NCBI GenBank assembly: GCA_945787715.1
Contig: CALZJE010000001.1
Span: 11,127-75,126, forward strand
Length of the DNA stretch: 64,000 nt
Direction of reading: 5' to 3'
Source of the DNA: an uncultured Ectothiorhodospiraceae bacterium
Lineage (GTDB): Bacteria; Pseudomonadota; Gammaproteobacteria; S012-40
Positions 39,708-51,209 of this stretch are shown in pieces. Positions within the stretch are counted from its first letter, which is position 1. The number at the start of each line of letters is the position of its first letter. The translations under genes were made by a program, and so were the position numbers. The notes beneath the pieces are model-generated. The model saw only the letters and a program-made list of their open reading frames with translations, was not told where the DNA came from and made no database searches.

Positions 39708-39986
39708 ATGATTGGATATTTGCGAATACTTGCCATTATAGAGGGTGTTTCTCTTTTGGTTTTGTTGTTTATCGCCATGCCTCTAAAGTATTACTTTGCT
39801 GCACCTCAGGCGGTTTCTGTGGTTGGAATGACGCACGGACTACTTTTTCTTGCTTTTGTTGGATTTTGTCTTTGGGTGTCACAGCAGAAAAAATGGTCAG
39901 AGGGATTTTTTATGCTTGTTATTATTTCATCGGTGATCCCCTTTGCAACTTTTGCAATGGATAGAAAATTAAAAACAATGAGTTGA
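39708..39986 (+). CDS. DUF3817-family membrane protein
   Basis: AIIEGVSLLVLLFIAMPLKY, GMTHGLLF, SVIPF. Confidence 0.8.
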   Translation: MIGYLRILAIIEGVSLLVLLFIAMPLKYYFAAPQAVSVVGMTHGLLFLAFVGFCLWVSQQKKWSEGFFMLVIISSVIPFATFAMDRKLKTMS

Positions 39987-40027
39987 TTAGTTTCCGCCTA
40001 ATAGACTTGTAAAATTCCATGCTTGGC

Positions 40028-40381
40028 ATGCTCTAAGAGTGGAGACTAAAAGAAGTACTTAAATATTCTTCCTAAGGAGCGACTGTTTTTGCCGATCATT
40101 ATGATATTATTCGCTTCGCGTCACGACGCATATCTGGAGATATTCGGATGCCCTTAGACGGGCTGTTACACATTGATATGATTTTCGACGATGATTCGTG
40201 GATATGTGTTGATAGGACAATGAATGACCTAGCAATTATTGCCTGGACAAATTTTTATATTAGCGCTCGTCTTTTACCTAAATAATCTTTAATTTCTCGT
40301 TTAATTTACCGGCGATTAGAATTTGTTGTTGCTCGAGCTTTGCTGTTTTATCGGCGTATTGTTTACCTTTCCTCGTATTAA
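40028..40381 (+). pseudogene. Probable degraded gene of a conserved hypothetical family
   Basis: One frame reads ML*EWRLKEVLKYSS*GATVFADHYDIIRFASRRISGDIRMPLDGLLHIDMIFDDDSWICVDRTMNDLAIIAWTNF..., protein-like but broken by in-frame TAA at 40034, 40073, 40283. Confidence 0.45.
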
Positions 40382-40399
40382 ACTTATCTTAGTTTAAGA

Positions 40400-43195
40400 T
40401 TAACTTTTTTGTTGAAATGGAATGATTTTGTTTTGATTATGGTGGTTCTTGAGATATTTTATAAATTGATCGTTTGGCAGGGGTTTACTGAAGTAATATC
40501 CTTGGATGGTATTGCACTCGTGTTTTTTTAAAAACTCAAGTTGATCGTTATCCTCAACGCCCTCAGCTATGACGTGAAGATTTAAATTATGAGCGATAGA
40601 GATAATTGCTGTACACATCGCGGCATCATCAGAATCTGTTAAAACATCTTTCACAAAGCAACGATCAATTTTTAATGTGCTCACACAAAATTGTTTTAAA
40701 TAGGATAATGATGAATATCCTGTGCCAAAATCATCGATCGATAATTTAATGCCAATATCATTGAGCTTGTTCAGCGTGTTAATTGCTGCTTGAGGATTTG
40801 TTGCGAGCGTTCCTTCGGTTAACTCTAGCTCTAGATATTCCGGGGCAAGGTTTGTTTTTTTCAAAACATTCTTAACATCTTTAAAAATATTACCGCGTTC
40901 AAATTGTATGGCAGAAATATTAACGGATACTCTTATGGGAGGTAATCCTAGGTCTTGCCAGTATTTGCATTGTTTGGCCGCTTCTTTCATTACCCATTGA
41001 CTGATTGGAATGATAAGACCTGTTTGTTCTGCGAGAGGAATAAATTCAAGAGGTGATACTAGGCCGTGTTTTGGATTGTTCCAACGAATAAGTGCTTCGG
41101 CGCCAATAGGTATTCCTTTCTTTGCATCTACTTGAGGCTGATAATAGAGTTCAAATTCATTTCGTTCAATTGCTCGACGTAAGTCGGTTTCAAGTGTTAA
41201 CTCCCTTGCATCCTGTTTGCCCATTTCTTCGCTGTATAAAACAAAATTGTTTTTTCCTAGGGATTTGGCGCGATACATGGCAATGTCGGCTTTTTTCATA
41301 AGATCAAGCGCGCTTTGACCATCTTTGGGGTAAAGGCTAATGCCCACAGACGCTGTAGAAAAAAATTCTTCATCAACAAGCAAAAATGGTGTGCTAAAGG
41401 TATTAATGATTTTATCTGCAATTTTTCGAACATCGGAAGGATTTGAAAGATCCCTTAATATAATGACAAATTCGTCACCGCCTAAACGACTCACCGTATC
41501 ACCTTCTCTCAGGCAAGAGACCAGCCTGCTGGCAACATGTCGGAGAAGTTCGTCTCCCACATCGTGCCCGTGAGCATCATTGACCAGCTTAAAGCGATCT
41601 AAATCTAGAAAAAGTACAGCGTGATATTTGTCATTCCACGGTCCGCGAGAAATAGCTTGAACCAATCGATCCATTAATAAAATACGGTTTGGCAGTGCAG
41701 TTAAGTCATCGTGAGTTGCGAGATGCGTCATTTCTCGTGCTAACCGTCGAGCGTCGCTTACATCGTGGGATACAACGACTGCTCCATTTATATTTTCTTT
41801 TGTCCCTTTGATAGGGGCTGTGGATATTTCAACGGCAGTTTCGTGTGAGTTGTTCTTATTAATAACCATTACATTATCTGTAATCTTTACTACTTTAGCT
41901 TTTTCAATACACTCATAAACTAGGCCATAATCTAGAGCGGTTTGAGTTGCTTCATATTGAACGTTGAAAACTTCATGAACTGGAAGCCCGAATGCTTCTT
42001 CACGAGACCATCCTGTTATGGATTCAGCAATCGGGTTCAAATAATCAATATTACCTTGCTCATCGGTAGTGATAACTGCATCTGCAATTGATTCCAGAGT
42101 TGTTAATGCGCGTTCCTTTTCTATAGCAAGTTCTTTGGTACGAGCTTCAACTAATTTCTTGGTTTCATTGTTTCTGCGATGTAGCTCATTATTTCGATTA
42201 ACAATAGATTTGACCTGCAGAATAATTAAAAAAGTGATGATCAGGCCTGAGATTGTTGCAGCACCAATGAGTGAAAGATCCAGGTCGTTCCAGAACAATG
42301 GAGTTTTTATCTCAAGAAAATACGTATCACTATGGGTATTTATTCTATACTTATTCTTAAACAAATTTATTGTTCTGTTGCTTTCTCTATTTGTTGACCT
42401 AAAGTCATAGTGAAGCAGTGTGTTACGGGAGGCGTTGTTATAGCTTTGGTGGTCCAATGTAATCTCATGTCCTGAATGAGACTTTAGAAGTTTTTCCGCA
42501 TTTATTCGTAGAGCAATAACTCCTGTTGTGGTCTTTCTTCTTTCTTTGATAGTTTCTGGCGTTGATTTTCCTGCATAAACAGCAATAAAAACAACAAATT
42601 CTTGCTTGTTTTGTGATGTTGCTGCTTCTAACGCTGTAGCAGCCTGTGCGGTGTCGATCGCATGGTAGATAGATGCTTTAAATGTATCTATGGATAGGTA
42701 ATCATATCCTAGCTGCTTAACGCTAATTGGAGTATAGGGCTCTATAAAAACGACCGGGAAGTATTCATCTCTCAAGCTTGCTGTTATAAATTTGTTGTTA
42801 CTAATTTCTGTTATAGAATAATTGATATATCCATCGTCTTCAGTGTTTCTTTCAAATAATTTTCGATCTTTTGACGACGTCAGTTTTAAGTACATTGATG
42901 ATTTTATGTAAGTATGTCTTTCGAGTAAATTACTAGATAACAAACGAAATTCGTCAGTTTCGACTTCATTGGATGCATCAAATAAAGATCTCATTCCGTA
43001 GAGTGCTTCATCAATCGAATTTATTTTTTGTGTGATGCCATCTTTAATGATGAATTCTTTAGTATTGCTTTTTTCTTTTGCTTGTTCAAATGAGATATTA
43101 AATGCGATATAGACCAAGGATACCGTAATAAATATGCCAATTAGTGCGGCCACGTATGTGGAAAATGCACTATATTTTTTAACGTTATTTGTCAC
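40400..43195 (-). CDS. CHASE-PAS-GGDEF-EAL c-di-GMP signalling protein
   Basis: Two TMs flanking CHASE (YFPVVFIEP, LGYD), PAS (IADAVITTD), GGDEF with RxxD, EAL and DDFGTGYSS. Confidence 0.92.
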   Translation of the reverse strand: MTNNVKKYSAFSTYVAALIGIFITVSLVYIAFNISFEQAKEKSNTKEFIIKDGITQKINSIDEALYGMRSLFDASNEVETDEFRLLSSNLLERHTYIKSSMYLKLTSSKDRKLFERNTEDDGYINYSITEISNNKFITASLRDEYFPVVFIEPYTPISVKQLGYDYLSIDTFKASIYHAIDTAQAATALEAATSQNKQEFVVFIAVYAGKSTPETIKERRKTTTGVIALRINAEKLLKSHSGHEITLDHQSYNNASRNTLLHYDFRSTNRESNRTINLFKNKYRINTHSDTYFLEIKTPLFWNDLDLSLIGAATISGLIITFLIILQVKSIVNRNNELHRRNNETKKLVEARTKELAIEKERALTTLESIADAVITTDEQGNIDYLNPIAESITGWSREEAFGLPVHEVFNVQYEATQTALDYGLVYECIEKAKVVKITDNVMVINKNNSHETAVEISTAPIKGTKENINGAVVVSHDVSDARRLAREMTHLATHDDLTALPNRILLMDRLVQAISRGPWNDKYHAVLFLDLDRFKLVNDAHGHDVGDELLRHVASRLVSCLREGDTVSRLGGDEFVIILRDLSNPSDVRKIADKIINTFSTPFLLVDEEFFSTASVGISLYPKDGQSALDLMKKADIAMYRAKSLGKNNFVLYSEEMGKQDARELTLETDLRRAIERNEFELYYQPQVDAKKGIPIGAEALIRWNNPKHGLVSPLEFIPLAEQTGLIIPISQWVMKEAAKQCKYWQDLGLPPIRVSVNISAIQFERGNIFKDVKNVLKKTNLAPEYLELELTEGTLATNPQAAINTLNKLNDIGIKLSIDDFGTGYSSLSYLKQFCVSTLKIDRCFVKDVLTDSDDAAMCTAIISIAHNLNLHVIAEGVEDNDQLEFLKKHECNTIQGYYFSKPLPNDQFIKYLKNHHNQNKIIPFQQKS

Positions 43196-44236
43196 TTATT
43201 TTCCTCGATGCACCGCTTTAGAGGCAATAGTAGATGGCAATGTATAGGTGGACGCATCAATTAGAGGGTCGTTTACATATATATTCCATCGCCTATTAAC
43301 TACTATGGGAATCTCCCCTGGATCTTCGCCACTCAATATTGCTTGGGCTACTTTAGCGGCCCATTCACCTTGCTCCTGAGGAAGTTTGGTTATCGCTAGC
43401 ATGGCATAAGGTATCATCCAGTCATAATTTGTGACCGTTAAAGTACTCGCATGGTTAGAAACAAATTCTTGAATATTATTTTTATTCCAATCGTTAATGC
43501 CACTGTTATTGTTTAAGATAATGAAATCCGCATTTTGAGCTTCAAGAAATGCCTTTTTCCAACCTTCATTGGTTTTTACAAACGCACTCTTTAGATTGAT
43601 TCCTTGCTCTGAATATTTGGATTTATAACGTTGATAGTCTTTGTGTTCGGTTAGCACATCTGCGGAAAGGTAAACACCAGTTTTAACTCGTCCTACAATG
43701 CTTTTTATTACTTTTAGTAAAGGTTGGATTGGAGCAATTTCGATTATACCTGTTGCATTGGAATAAGGATATCCGTATTCCTCTACTGTCCAATTAATTC
43801 CACAAAACACAAACGGAAGTTTGTCGTTTTTGTAGTATGGCATGATTAGATATTTGGAAGCGTTGTCATCACATGCGATAACAATATCTGGCTTTGTTTT
43901 TTCTATGTATTTTTTGGTTTTGATCGCCATTTTCTTGATAAATGACGCGTTAGGGTTTCGTTTGGAGTCCATATAAAACTTATCAAGGGTACACGTACCT
44001 TTTAGGTTTTTTTCAATACCTTCTTCAATTCCATCATTCCATTCGTAACCAGTATGGTAAGACGATACATAGAGGCATTCATTTGCATTTGCTTCATTGA
44101 TTAGCATGCTGCTAAGTACTAAGCCGAGAAAAATTATAATTGAATGAAAGCCTGATTTTGAATGGATTGAGTATTGTCGATCTTTATCTGCTCCCGGTAG
44201 TTGAAGCCCGTTACTTTGGTATGAATGGCGATCCAT
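43196..44236 (-). CDS. Periplasmic ABC-type substrate-binding-like protein
   Basis: LYVSSYH.GY.W..GI, FYMDSKR, PDIVIACDDNA, PFVFCGIN, EQGEWAA; start uncertain. Confidence 0.8.
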   Translation of the reverse strand: MDRHSYQSNGLQLPGADKDRQYSIHSKSGFHSIIIFLGLVLSSMLINEANANECLYVSSYHTGYEWNDGIEEGIEKNLKGTCTLDKFYMDSKRNPNASFIKKMAIKTKKYIEKTKPDIVIACDDNASKYLIMPYYKNDKLPFVFCGINWTVEEYGYPYSNATGIIEIAPIQPLLKVIKSIVGRVKTGVYLSADVLTEHKDYQRYKSKYSEQGINLKSAFVKTNEGWKKAFLEAQNADFIILNNNSGINDWNKNNIQEFVSNHASTLTVTNYDWMIPYAMLAITKLPQEQGEWAAKVAQAILSGEDPGEIPIVVNRRWNIYVNDPLIDASTYTLPSTIASKAVHRGK

Positions 44237-44393
44237 AATCTATTCTTCCGAATACTTATTGATGAGGGAGTGTTTAGTCACTTGTTTTCCGTATCGGCAT
44301 ACGAAAATGTTGCTTAAGTTATAAAATTGAACTGATCTGTAACGTAGTTGAAAATCACAAGAAAGTGTAAGGTTAGTGGGGTAAGTGCTAAAT

Positions 44394-44415
44394 CAATACC
44401 TTAAAAAAGGTATTG
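44394..44415 (-). terminator. Possible terminator hairpin after the response regulator
   Basis: caatacctt-aaaa-aaggtattg inverted repeat. Confidence 0.4.
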
Positions 44416-44443
44416 CATATTGCGGTTTATTTGCAGTTAAATA

Positions 44444-45151
44444 TTAGATTGCTTCACTGGGAATCATGCTCAGTTTTTCTAGGCGGTAACCGTGTCGATA
44501 TATCGTATTTAGGCGCCAGCCATTTTCGGGATTAATCATCAATTTTTTTCGTAACAGGCTGATGTGAGTATCAACCGTGCGAGTGTTTAGGTCTGAACGT
44601 TGACCCCAAACACTTTCAAGTATATGGCCTCTACTTAAAATGCGACCTTGATTGCGAAATAGAAACTCTGCCAGTTCAAATTCTTTTGCCGTAAGAGTTA
44701 CTGCTTGATTCCCATGACTCACGGTGAAAGTGTTGGCATCCAAAGAGTACGGGTCATATTTAATGATTGCGTGATTGTTTACGCTTTGTGTAAATCTTCG
44801 TATCAAAGCTTTGACCCTTGCAAAAAGTTCGGCTTTTCGAACAGGTTTGATTAGGTAATCGTCAGCGCCGCTTTCTAGAGCAGTGACAATATCCTCTTCG
44901 CTATTTCTACCTGTCGTAAACAAGATAGGTGTGTTATAGCCATATTTTTCTCGAATATTTTTGGTGACTTCGATACCTGTCGTGGTAGGTAATTCCCAGT
45001 CAAGAATTAATAGATCATAACTATCTTGGGTTAGAGCATTGAGGAGTGCAGGGCCGTCACGATAAATATGGCAAACGTTACTCTTTTCTTCGAGCCAATG
45101 CTGAACGATATCAGCGGTCGATTCGTCGTCTTCAAGTAGCGCAATACGCAT
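44444..45151 (-). CDS. OmpR-family response regulator (no adjacent kinase)
   Basis: LLEDD, ILDWELP, GADDYLIKP, winged helix with RTVDTHI and GY. Confidence 0.92.
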   Translation of the reverse strand: MRIALLEDDESTADIVQHWLEEKSNVCHIYRDGPALLNALTQDSYDLLILDWELPTTTGIEVTKNIREKYGYNTPILFTTGRNSEEDIVTALESGADDYLIKPVRKAELFARVKALIRRFTQSVNNHAIIKYDPYSLDANTFTVSHGNQAVTLTAKEFELAEFLFRNQGRILSRGHILESVWGQRSDLNTRTVDTHISLLRKKLMINPENGWRLNTIYRHGYRLEKLSMIPSEAI

Positions 45152-45190
45152 TATTTTGAATTCCTCTTTATGGTGAATTTACGCTATGCC

Positions 45191-45490
45191 CTAGCCTTTG
45201 GTCTGGCTATCTGACACTAATTTGCAGATTCGATATAACTTGGCGTAGTAAACTTGTTCATTGCCATTAAGTTTGGGAATGATATTTTCAAGTTTTTCCG
45301 TTTCATGGACAAAGGAGCCTAGATCAATGTTTTTACTTGTTTTACCGGATAAGAACTTATTAAGTTCAGTCGTCAGATTTGATCTGAGTAATTTAAGGTC
45401 TAAATTATTAATAAGGGATGACTTTAGTTCAGTCGCATATTTACTTTGCTGAAGTTCTTCCCATGTTGATTTAATTGCGAATAATTCCAT
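45191..45490 (-). CDS. Hypothetical protein
   Basis: About 99-aa ORF from ATG 45490, co-oriented with the response regulator; no family recognised. Confidence 0.45.
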   Translation of the reverse strand: MELFAIKSTWEELQQSKYATELKSSLINNLDLKLLRSNLTTELNKFLSGKTSKNIDLGSFVHETEKLENIIPKLNGNEQVYYAKLYRICKLVSDSQTKG

Positions 45491-46161
45491 ATCTTTGCCC
45501 TGCTGACCAAGCCTCAATTATATTAGAATGAAACTGACATTAAGCACCACTGATTGCAGCTTTTCTGACAATATTATTACACAGTTTATTATTTATCGAG
45601 AGTGAATGCAGGTGAATATAACAAAATTTAACGCTTTCATTTTTCTACAAAACTATCGATTAAAGCGTGAAAGATTCCACATATTCCGTAATAAATATAA
45701 AGTAATTGAGGTGATTGAAGAAGATAATATTAAATTATTGAAATTAACTTACAGCGCTATAAATTATTGTCGGTACTAATTTATTGTAGTTTAAAATTGT
45801 GCTCTCTGTTTTTATTTAGTTAAACCAATTAATTGCATTCATTTCCTGTGTCCAATTGCTTTTTCTAGGTTAAAAGATCTTTAGTCTCAATATTGCATTG
45901 ACTTAACAGGTAGCTGCCCATGTGTCATTGCATAATGCAGTTAATTTTTCGACTGGCATTTATTGTTAGGTGAAGAGCCAGAGAGGAGTGAATGAGTGAG
46001 CTGCTTCAATAAAAAATAAAACTATTTGCTTAATGAGGATTGTAAGCCGGTGTTTAAAATGCTGGACGTTTAGACATGTATGCCTAATTCATTTCAAAAA
46101 AACATGCATACTTTGTGAGAACGCCAGTATGATACTGGCGTAGAATTATTTTATTACTAGA

Positions 46162-46428
46162 TTAGATTTTAAAACGACCGTTTATGCTCATCGTTTCTTT
46201 CGCGTTTCCCCATGCTGTTTTTACGATGGCGTAGATGGGATCCCAGCCAGTAAGCCCTGTCACCCAAAAATAGACAGTGATAATATGCAATATAGCAAAG
46301 TCAAGTATAGGGAGATTCAAAGAGTAACATATGATAAGAATAATTAAACCAATAAAACCGCGGAATATACGATCAATTGGCCCGACTGTATTTTTTATTC
46401 TATAAAAACCGAGGCTATTTTTATCCAT
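46162..46428 (-). CDS. DUF2892 (YgaP-like) membrane protein
   Basis: NTVGPIDRIFR, two TMs, TGLTGWDPIY. Confidence 0.7.
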   Translation of the reverse strand: MDKNSLGFYRIKNTVGPIDRIFRGFIGLIILIICYSLNLPILDFAILHIITVYFWVTGLTGWDPIYAIVKTAWGNAKETMSINGRFKI

Positions 46429-46496
46429 AATTATTTCTCTTAATTATTGTCATGCGATTTCGAAAGTAATAGCTCTATCACACAGATTTAGTTTAT

Positions 46497-47270
46497 CTAT
46501 AACCTAGCACTATAGTCAATTATTAAAGGTGCATGGTCTGAAAAACGTTCATCTTTATATATACTGCAGGATTTCACTTTCTTTTTCAATCCAGGAGAAA
46601 TGACTTGGTAATCAATGCGCCAACCCACATTTTTTGCCCAAGCTTGCCCTCGATTAGACCACCATGTGTATTGATCTTTTTCTTGGTTGACGACACGAAA
46701 CGCGTCAATGTAACCGATTTCGTCAAATACTTCGTCCATCCAAGCTCTTTCTTCAGGCAGAAATCCTGAATTTTTTTCATTAGCCTTCGCATTTTTAATA
46801 TCAATTACCTTATGTGCAATATTCCAATCGCCGCAGATAATGTACTCTCTATTGTGATCTAGCATCTCTTTCAAAACGGGCGTGAATCGAGTCATTAATT
46901 CATATTTAAAGGCTTGCCTCTCTTCCTTTGAAGAGCCCGAGGGGAGATAAAGAGAGATTACACTGATATTACTAAAGTCTACTTGCAAGTAACGACCTTC
47001 ACTATCCATGTCTTCCCATCCGATACCAACTTTTACGTTGTTTGGTTTTTTCTTGCTATAAATCGCGACACCGCTATAACCTTTTTTTTCAGCATCGTGA
47101 TAGTGGGTGTGATAACCTTTTGGTGAAAAGCAGGGATCAGTTAACTGATCACGTTGTGCTTTTGTCTCTTGGATGCACACAACGTCGGCGTTTTGGTCGG
47201 CTAACCACTCAAAAAAGCCCTTTCTAGCTGCTGCGCGGATTCCATTAGTATTAACCGAAATGACTCTCAT
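46497..47270 (-). CDS. xth: Exodeoxyribonuclease III / AP endonuclease
   Basis: SVNTNGIRA, QETK, GYSGVA, GDWNIAH, WRIDY, SDHAP. Confidence 0.92.
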   Translation of the reverse strand: MRVISVNTNGIRAAARKGFFEWLADQNADVVCIQETKAQRDQLTDPCFSPKGYHTHYHDAEKKGYSGVAIYSKKKPNNVKVGIGWEDMDSEGRYLQVDFSNISVISLYLPSGSSKEERQAFKYELMTRFTPVLKEMLDHNREYIICGDWNIAHKVIDIKNAKANEKNSGFLPEERAWMDEVFDEIGYIDAFRVVNQEKDQYTWWSNRGQAWAKNVGWRIDYQVISPGLKKKVKSCSIYKDERFSDHAPLIIDYSARL

Positions 47271-47511
47271 TTTTACCTTTTTTTATTAATCACAATGTGA
47301 TTCATTCTAGCGTGCTTTTGAGGCCATTTATAGGATCAAATTGTCACGGATTAAATTCGCAAATTCCCGTAATATCCGCGATAATTTGATAAACTTAGAA
47401 AAATCAGTTGATCCAAGAATTTGAGTACACTAAAAGTAGGCGCACACCATCTTCACGTCCAACTGATCTCTCTAAGATAAATTGACACCAAATAGTTTAG
47501 GAACATACTGC

Positions 47512-48153
47512 ATGCAGGATTACCAACGATCATTTCTTAACTTTGCGCTTGAGACAGAAGTATTGAAATTTGGCGAGTTTACATTGAAGTCGGGCCGATT
47601 GAGTCCCTATTTTTTTAATAGTGGATTATTTAATTCGGGTAAGAGTTTGGCAGAATTAGGTCGGTTTTATGCGCAGGCAATTGTTGCGTCGGGGGTTGAG
47701 TTTGACGTTATTTTTGGGCCAGCGTACAAAGGAATTCCGTTAGCTGCGGCAATAAGTATAGCACTTGCAGACCATCATCAACGAGATGTCCCATATTCAT
47801 TCAATCGAAAAGAAGCTAAGGATCATGGCGAAGGTGGCACAATAGTAGGGGCTCCACTTTCTGGCAAAGTGTTGATCGTAGATGATGTTATTTCTGCCGG
47901 TACATCTGTACGTGAATCGGTAGATCTTATTCGTGAAAACAATGCTACTCCGGCTGGCGTTATGATTGCCCTTGATCGACAAGAGAAAGGTGAAGGCAAT
48001 ACTTCGGCAATACAGGAAATTGAAAAAAAATACCAAATGCCGGTGAATAGCATTGTTCGATTTGAGCACTTGATTGAATTTATTGCGAATAATTCACAAC
48101 TTGCGGATTATTTGCCCAAAGTAAAAGATTATCGTGAAACTTATGGGGTGTAG
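47512..48153 (+). CDS. pyrE: Orotate phosphoribosyltransferase
   Basis: [35 protein letters not shown]. Confidence 0.97.
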   Translation: MQDYQRSFLNFALETEVLKFGEFTLKSGRLSPYFFNSGLFNSGKSLAELGRFYAQAIVASGVEFDVIFGPAYKGIPLAAAISIALADHHQRDVPYSFNRKEAKDHGEGGTIVGAPLSGKVLIVDDVISAGTSVRESVDLIRENNATPAGVMIALDRQEKGEGNTSAIQEIEKKYQMPVNSIVRFEHLIEFIANNSQLADYLPKVKDYRETYGV

Positions 48154-48201
48154 CCAGCATTCCAAGGTTTTACATAATTCAACGCCAGTAAGAAATGCCG
48201 G

Positions 48202-48957
48202 TTAGTTCCAAATCAGCTTAATGCCGATAACAATGGTGATAATCTCGTAAACGACTTTGATCCACTTATTTCCTTTTTTGATGGCCAAATGGGCTCCTAT
48301 GAAACCGCCAAGTAGAGAGCCCAATATAAGTGCTGGCAACCAGTCCCAAGCAATGGTGCCAAGCATGCCCAATGTTATAGCGCCAAAGCCATTCCAGAAT
48401 AGCCCTACTAAAATAAGTGTGTAGGAGACCGCCGTTTTATAATCTAGTCCAAACCAACGAACTAACCAAAGCGTGACAAATAAACCTGTGCCGGAAGTTA
48501 GCGAACCATTTAATACACCAATTGTAAACAACACCGTTCCGCCGATAATATACCCCTGGCGTGTTCGGTTTATTATTTTAGCGTTTTGCCCAAGATTAGG
48601 TTTTAATCGAGAATAAACACCGAGACTAATTGTTAGTATGCCTAAAGCAATTTCTGCAATGCGGTCTTCGATATTGAGTATAATGTTCGCGCCTAATATA
48701 ACTCCAGGCAAACCTGTGCAAAGTATAAAGAGAGCAAACCGTTGGTTTAATCGGCCCTCCTTCATGTGTCTAATTGTTGCACCAATGCCAAGAAAGACAC
48801 TAGCGACTTTATGAGTTGCTAATGCAACGCTGAAGCTTAAACCAAGAAAAATAATGGCAGGTAACTGGATTAATCCTGCTCCGCCGCCGGCAAAAGCAGA
48901 AAAAATGTTAGCGACGAGTGAAATCACAAATAATGTGATAGAGTCATACCAATTCAT
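48202..48957 (-). CDS. TauE/SafE (TSUP) family membrane transporter
   Basis: SAFAGGGAGLIQLP, multiple TMs, SGTGLF, GGFIGA. Confidence 0.85.
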   Translation of the reverse strand: MNWYDSITLFVISLVANIFSAFAGGGAGLIQLPAIIFLGLSFSVALATHKVASVFLGIGATIRHMKEGRLNQRFALFILCTGLPGVILGANIILNIEDRIAEIALGILTISLGVYSRLKPNLGQNAKIINRTRQGYIIGGTVLFTIGVLNGSLTSGTGLFVTLWLVRWFGLDYKTAVSYTLILVGLFWNGFGAITLGMLGTIAWDWLPALILGSLLGGFIGAHLAIKKGNKWIKVVYEIITIVIGIKLIWN

Positions 48958-49016
48958 AATCGAGTGTTTGCCTCACTATTTTCTGCAGATTTAATTATAA
49001 TAAAAATGATCACATC

Positions 49017-49682
49017 GTGGCTGTGTTTCACAGTAAGCATGTCATTTTTTATGCAATAGGATGGTTGATAAGTTTGAAAGTTAAGCAAAGATGGTGGTTT
49101 ATTCTTTTCGGTCTGCTCGTGACTTCTATTATATCTGCAAGTGATGTCTACTACGTATTTAAAGACAAAAATGGAAACACATTGATTCAGGATTCCATTC
49201 CAGCGGAATATGTGCACCAGGGATATCGCATAATTAATGAGCAAGGGTTGACGTTACGCACAGTACCTAGCGTTAAGGAGCAACAACGTTTAGCAAATGC
49301 TGCAAAACATCGACGGACTGTGGAAAAAGAGAGAGAAAAAAAGCGCAAAGAAGATGATATGTTGTTAGCGAGTTTCTCAAATATTGAGCAAATTCGTGAA
49401 GCGGTTAATAAGAAGATATTAGTAATTCAAGTTCAAATAGATGTTACTTTGAATCACATTAAAACATTTGAAAAAAATCTGCTTGAGCTACAGGCGCAAG
49501 CCATTGAGTTTGCTAAGCGCCCTGGCGGCATTACTAAAGCTGAAGTGGATGAAGTGCAAAGGATAAAGACAAGCATTGTACGTAATCGTGAATTTATTGT
49601 GCGCCAGCGAGAAGAGCAACAAAATCTACGACAAGAATACATGGAATATATCACGCGTTATCGGTTCTTAACGGGTAAGTAG
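49017..49682 (+). CDS. DUF4124-like exported protein with coiled-coil C-terminus
   Basis: YYVFKDKNG...DSIP, D..LL.SF; start uncertain. Confidence 0.6.
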   Translation: MAVFHSKHVIFYAIGWLISLKVKQRWWFILFGLLVTSIISASDVYYVFKDKNGNTLIQDSIPAEYVHQGYRIINEQGLTLRTVPSVKEQQRLANAAKHRRTVEKEREKKRKEDDMLLASFSNIEQIREAVNKKILVIQVQIDVTLNHIKTFEKNLLELQAQAIEFAKRPGGITKAEVDEVQRIKTSIVRNREFIVRQREEQQNLRQEYMEYITRYRFLTGK

Positions 49683-50258
49683 TAACAAAATGTTTTGCCA
49701 TTGCTCATCGGAATGGGTGAGTGGGCTTTGAGAGAAGTTAGTGCGCCGATGTTGCGCTATTCTACCTTCAACATGCGCAAGAATTAAGTTAGCCATTGCT
49801 GCAGTGTTGATATCTGCTGATAGTTCATTACGTAAAGCACCTTCGCGCAAGAATTGTTTAATTTGCATTTCAATGCGATCAAAGAATTGGGAAACGCGAG
49901 TTCGTAGTTTTTCGCTTTCTCCCATAATGGCATCACCTGTAAGAATACGAATAATGCCAGGGTTTCTATCAGCAAAAGTTAGCAATAAATGTACGATGGC
50001 TTCACTACGTACAATTGCTGATTTTTGTTCTTGTTGGATTTTATTGATTCGACTGAATATTGTCTCTTCACTAAATTGGATTAAAGCTTCGAACATTTTT
50101 GCTTTACTAGGGAAGTGTCTATATAAAGCAGCTTCTGAAATTCCAATTTCTTTAGCTAAACTCGCTGTTCGAATAGGTGATCCGGGGTTTTGTTCTAATT
50201 GTGATGCGAGTGTTTCTAGAATTTCTTGACGACGATTTTTTTTAATTTTTGTATTCAT
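49668..50258 (-). CDS. slmA: Nucleoid occlusion factor SlmA
   Basis: RRQEIL, SEAALYRHFPSKAKMFEALI; downstream of coaBC-dut-argB. Confidence 0.93.
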   Translation of the reverse strand: MNTKIKKNRRQEILETLASQLEQNPGSPIRTASLAKEIGISEAALYRHFPSKAKMFEALIQFSEETIFSRINKIQQEQKSAIVRSEAIVHLLLTFADRNPGIIRILTGDAIMGESEKLRTRVSQFFDRIEMQIKQFLREGALRNELSADINTAAMANLILAHVEGRIAQHRRTNFSQSPLTHSDEQWQNILLLLTR

Positions 50259-50292
50259 ATCGTGTTCCGTTTTTTGGGTTGTTCTAGGAGTC

Positions 50293-51198
<906 letters not shown>

Positions 51199-51209
51199 CT
51201 AATTTGTAT

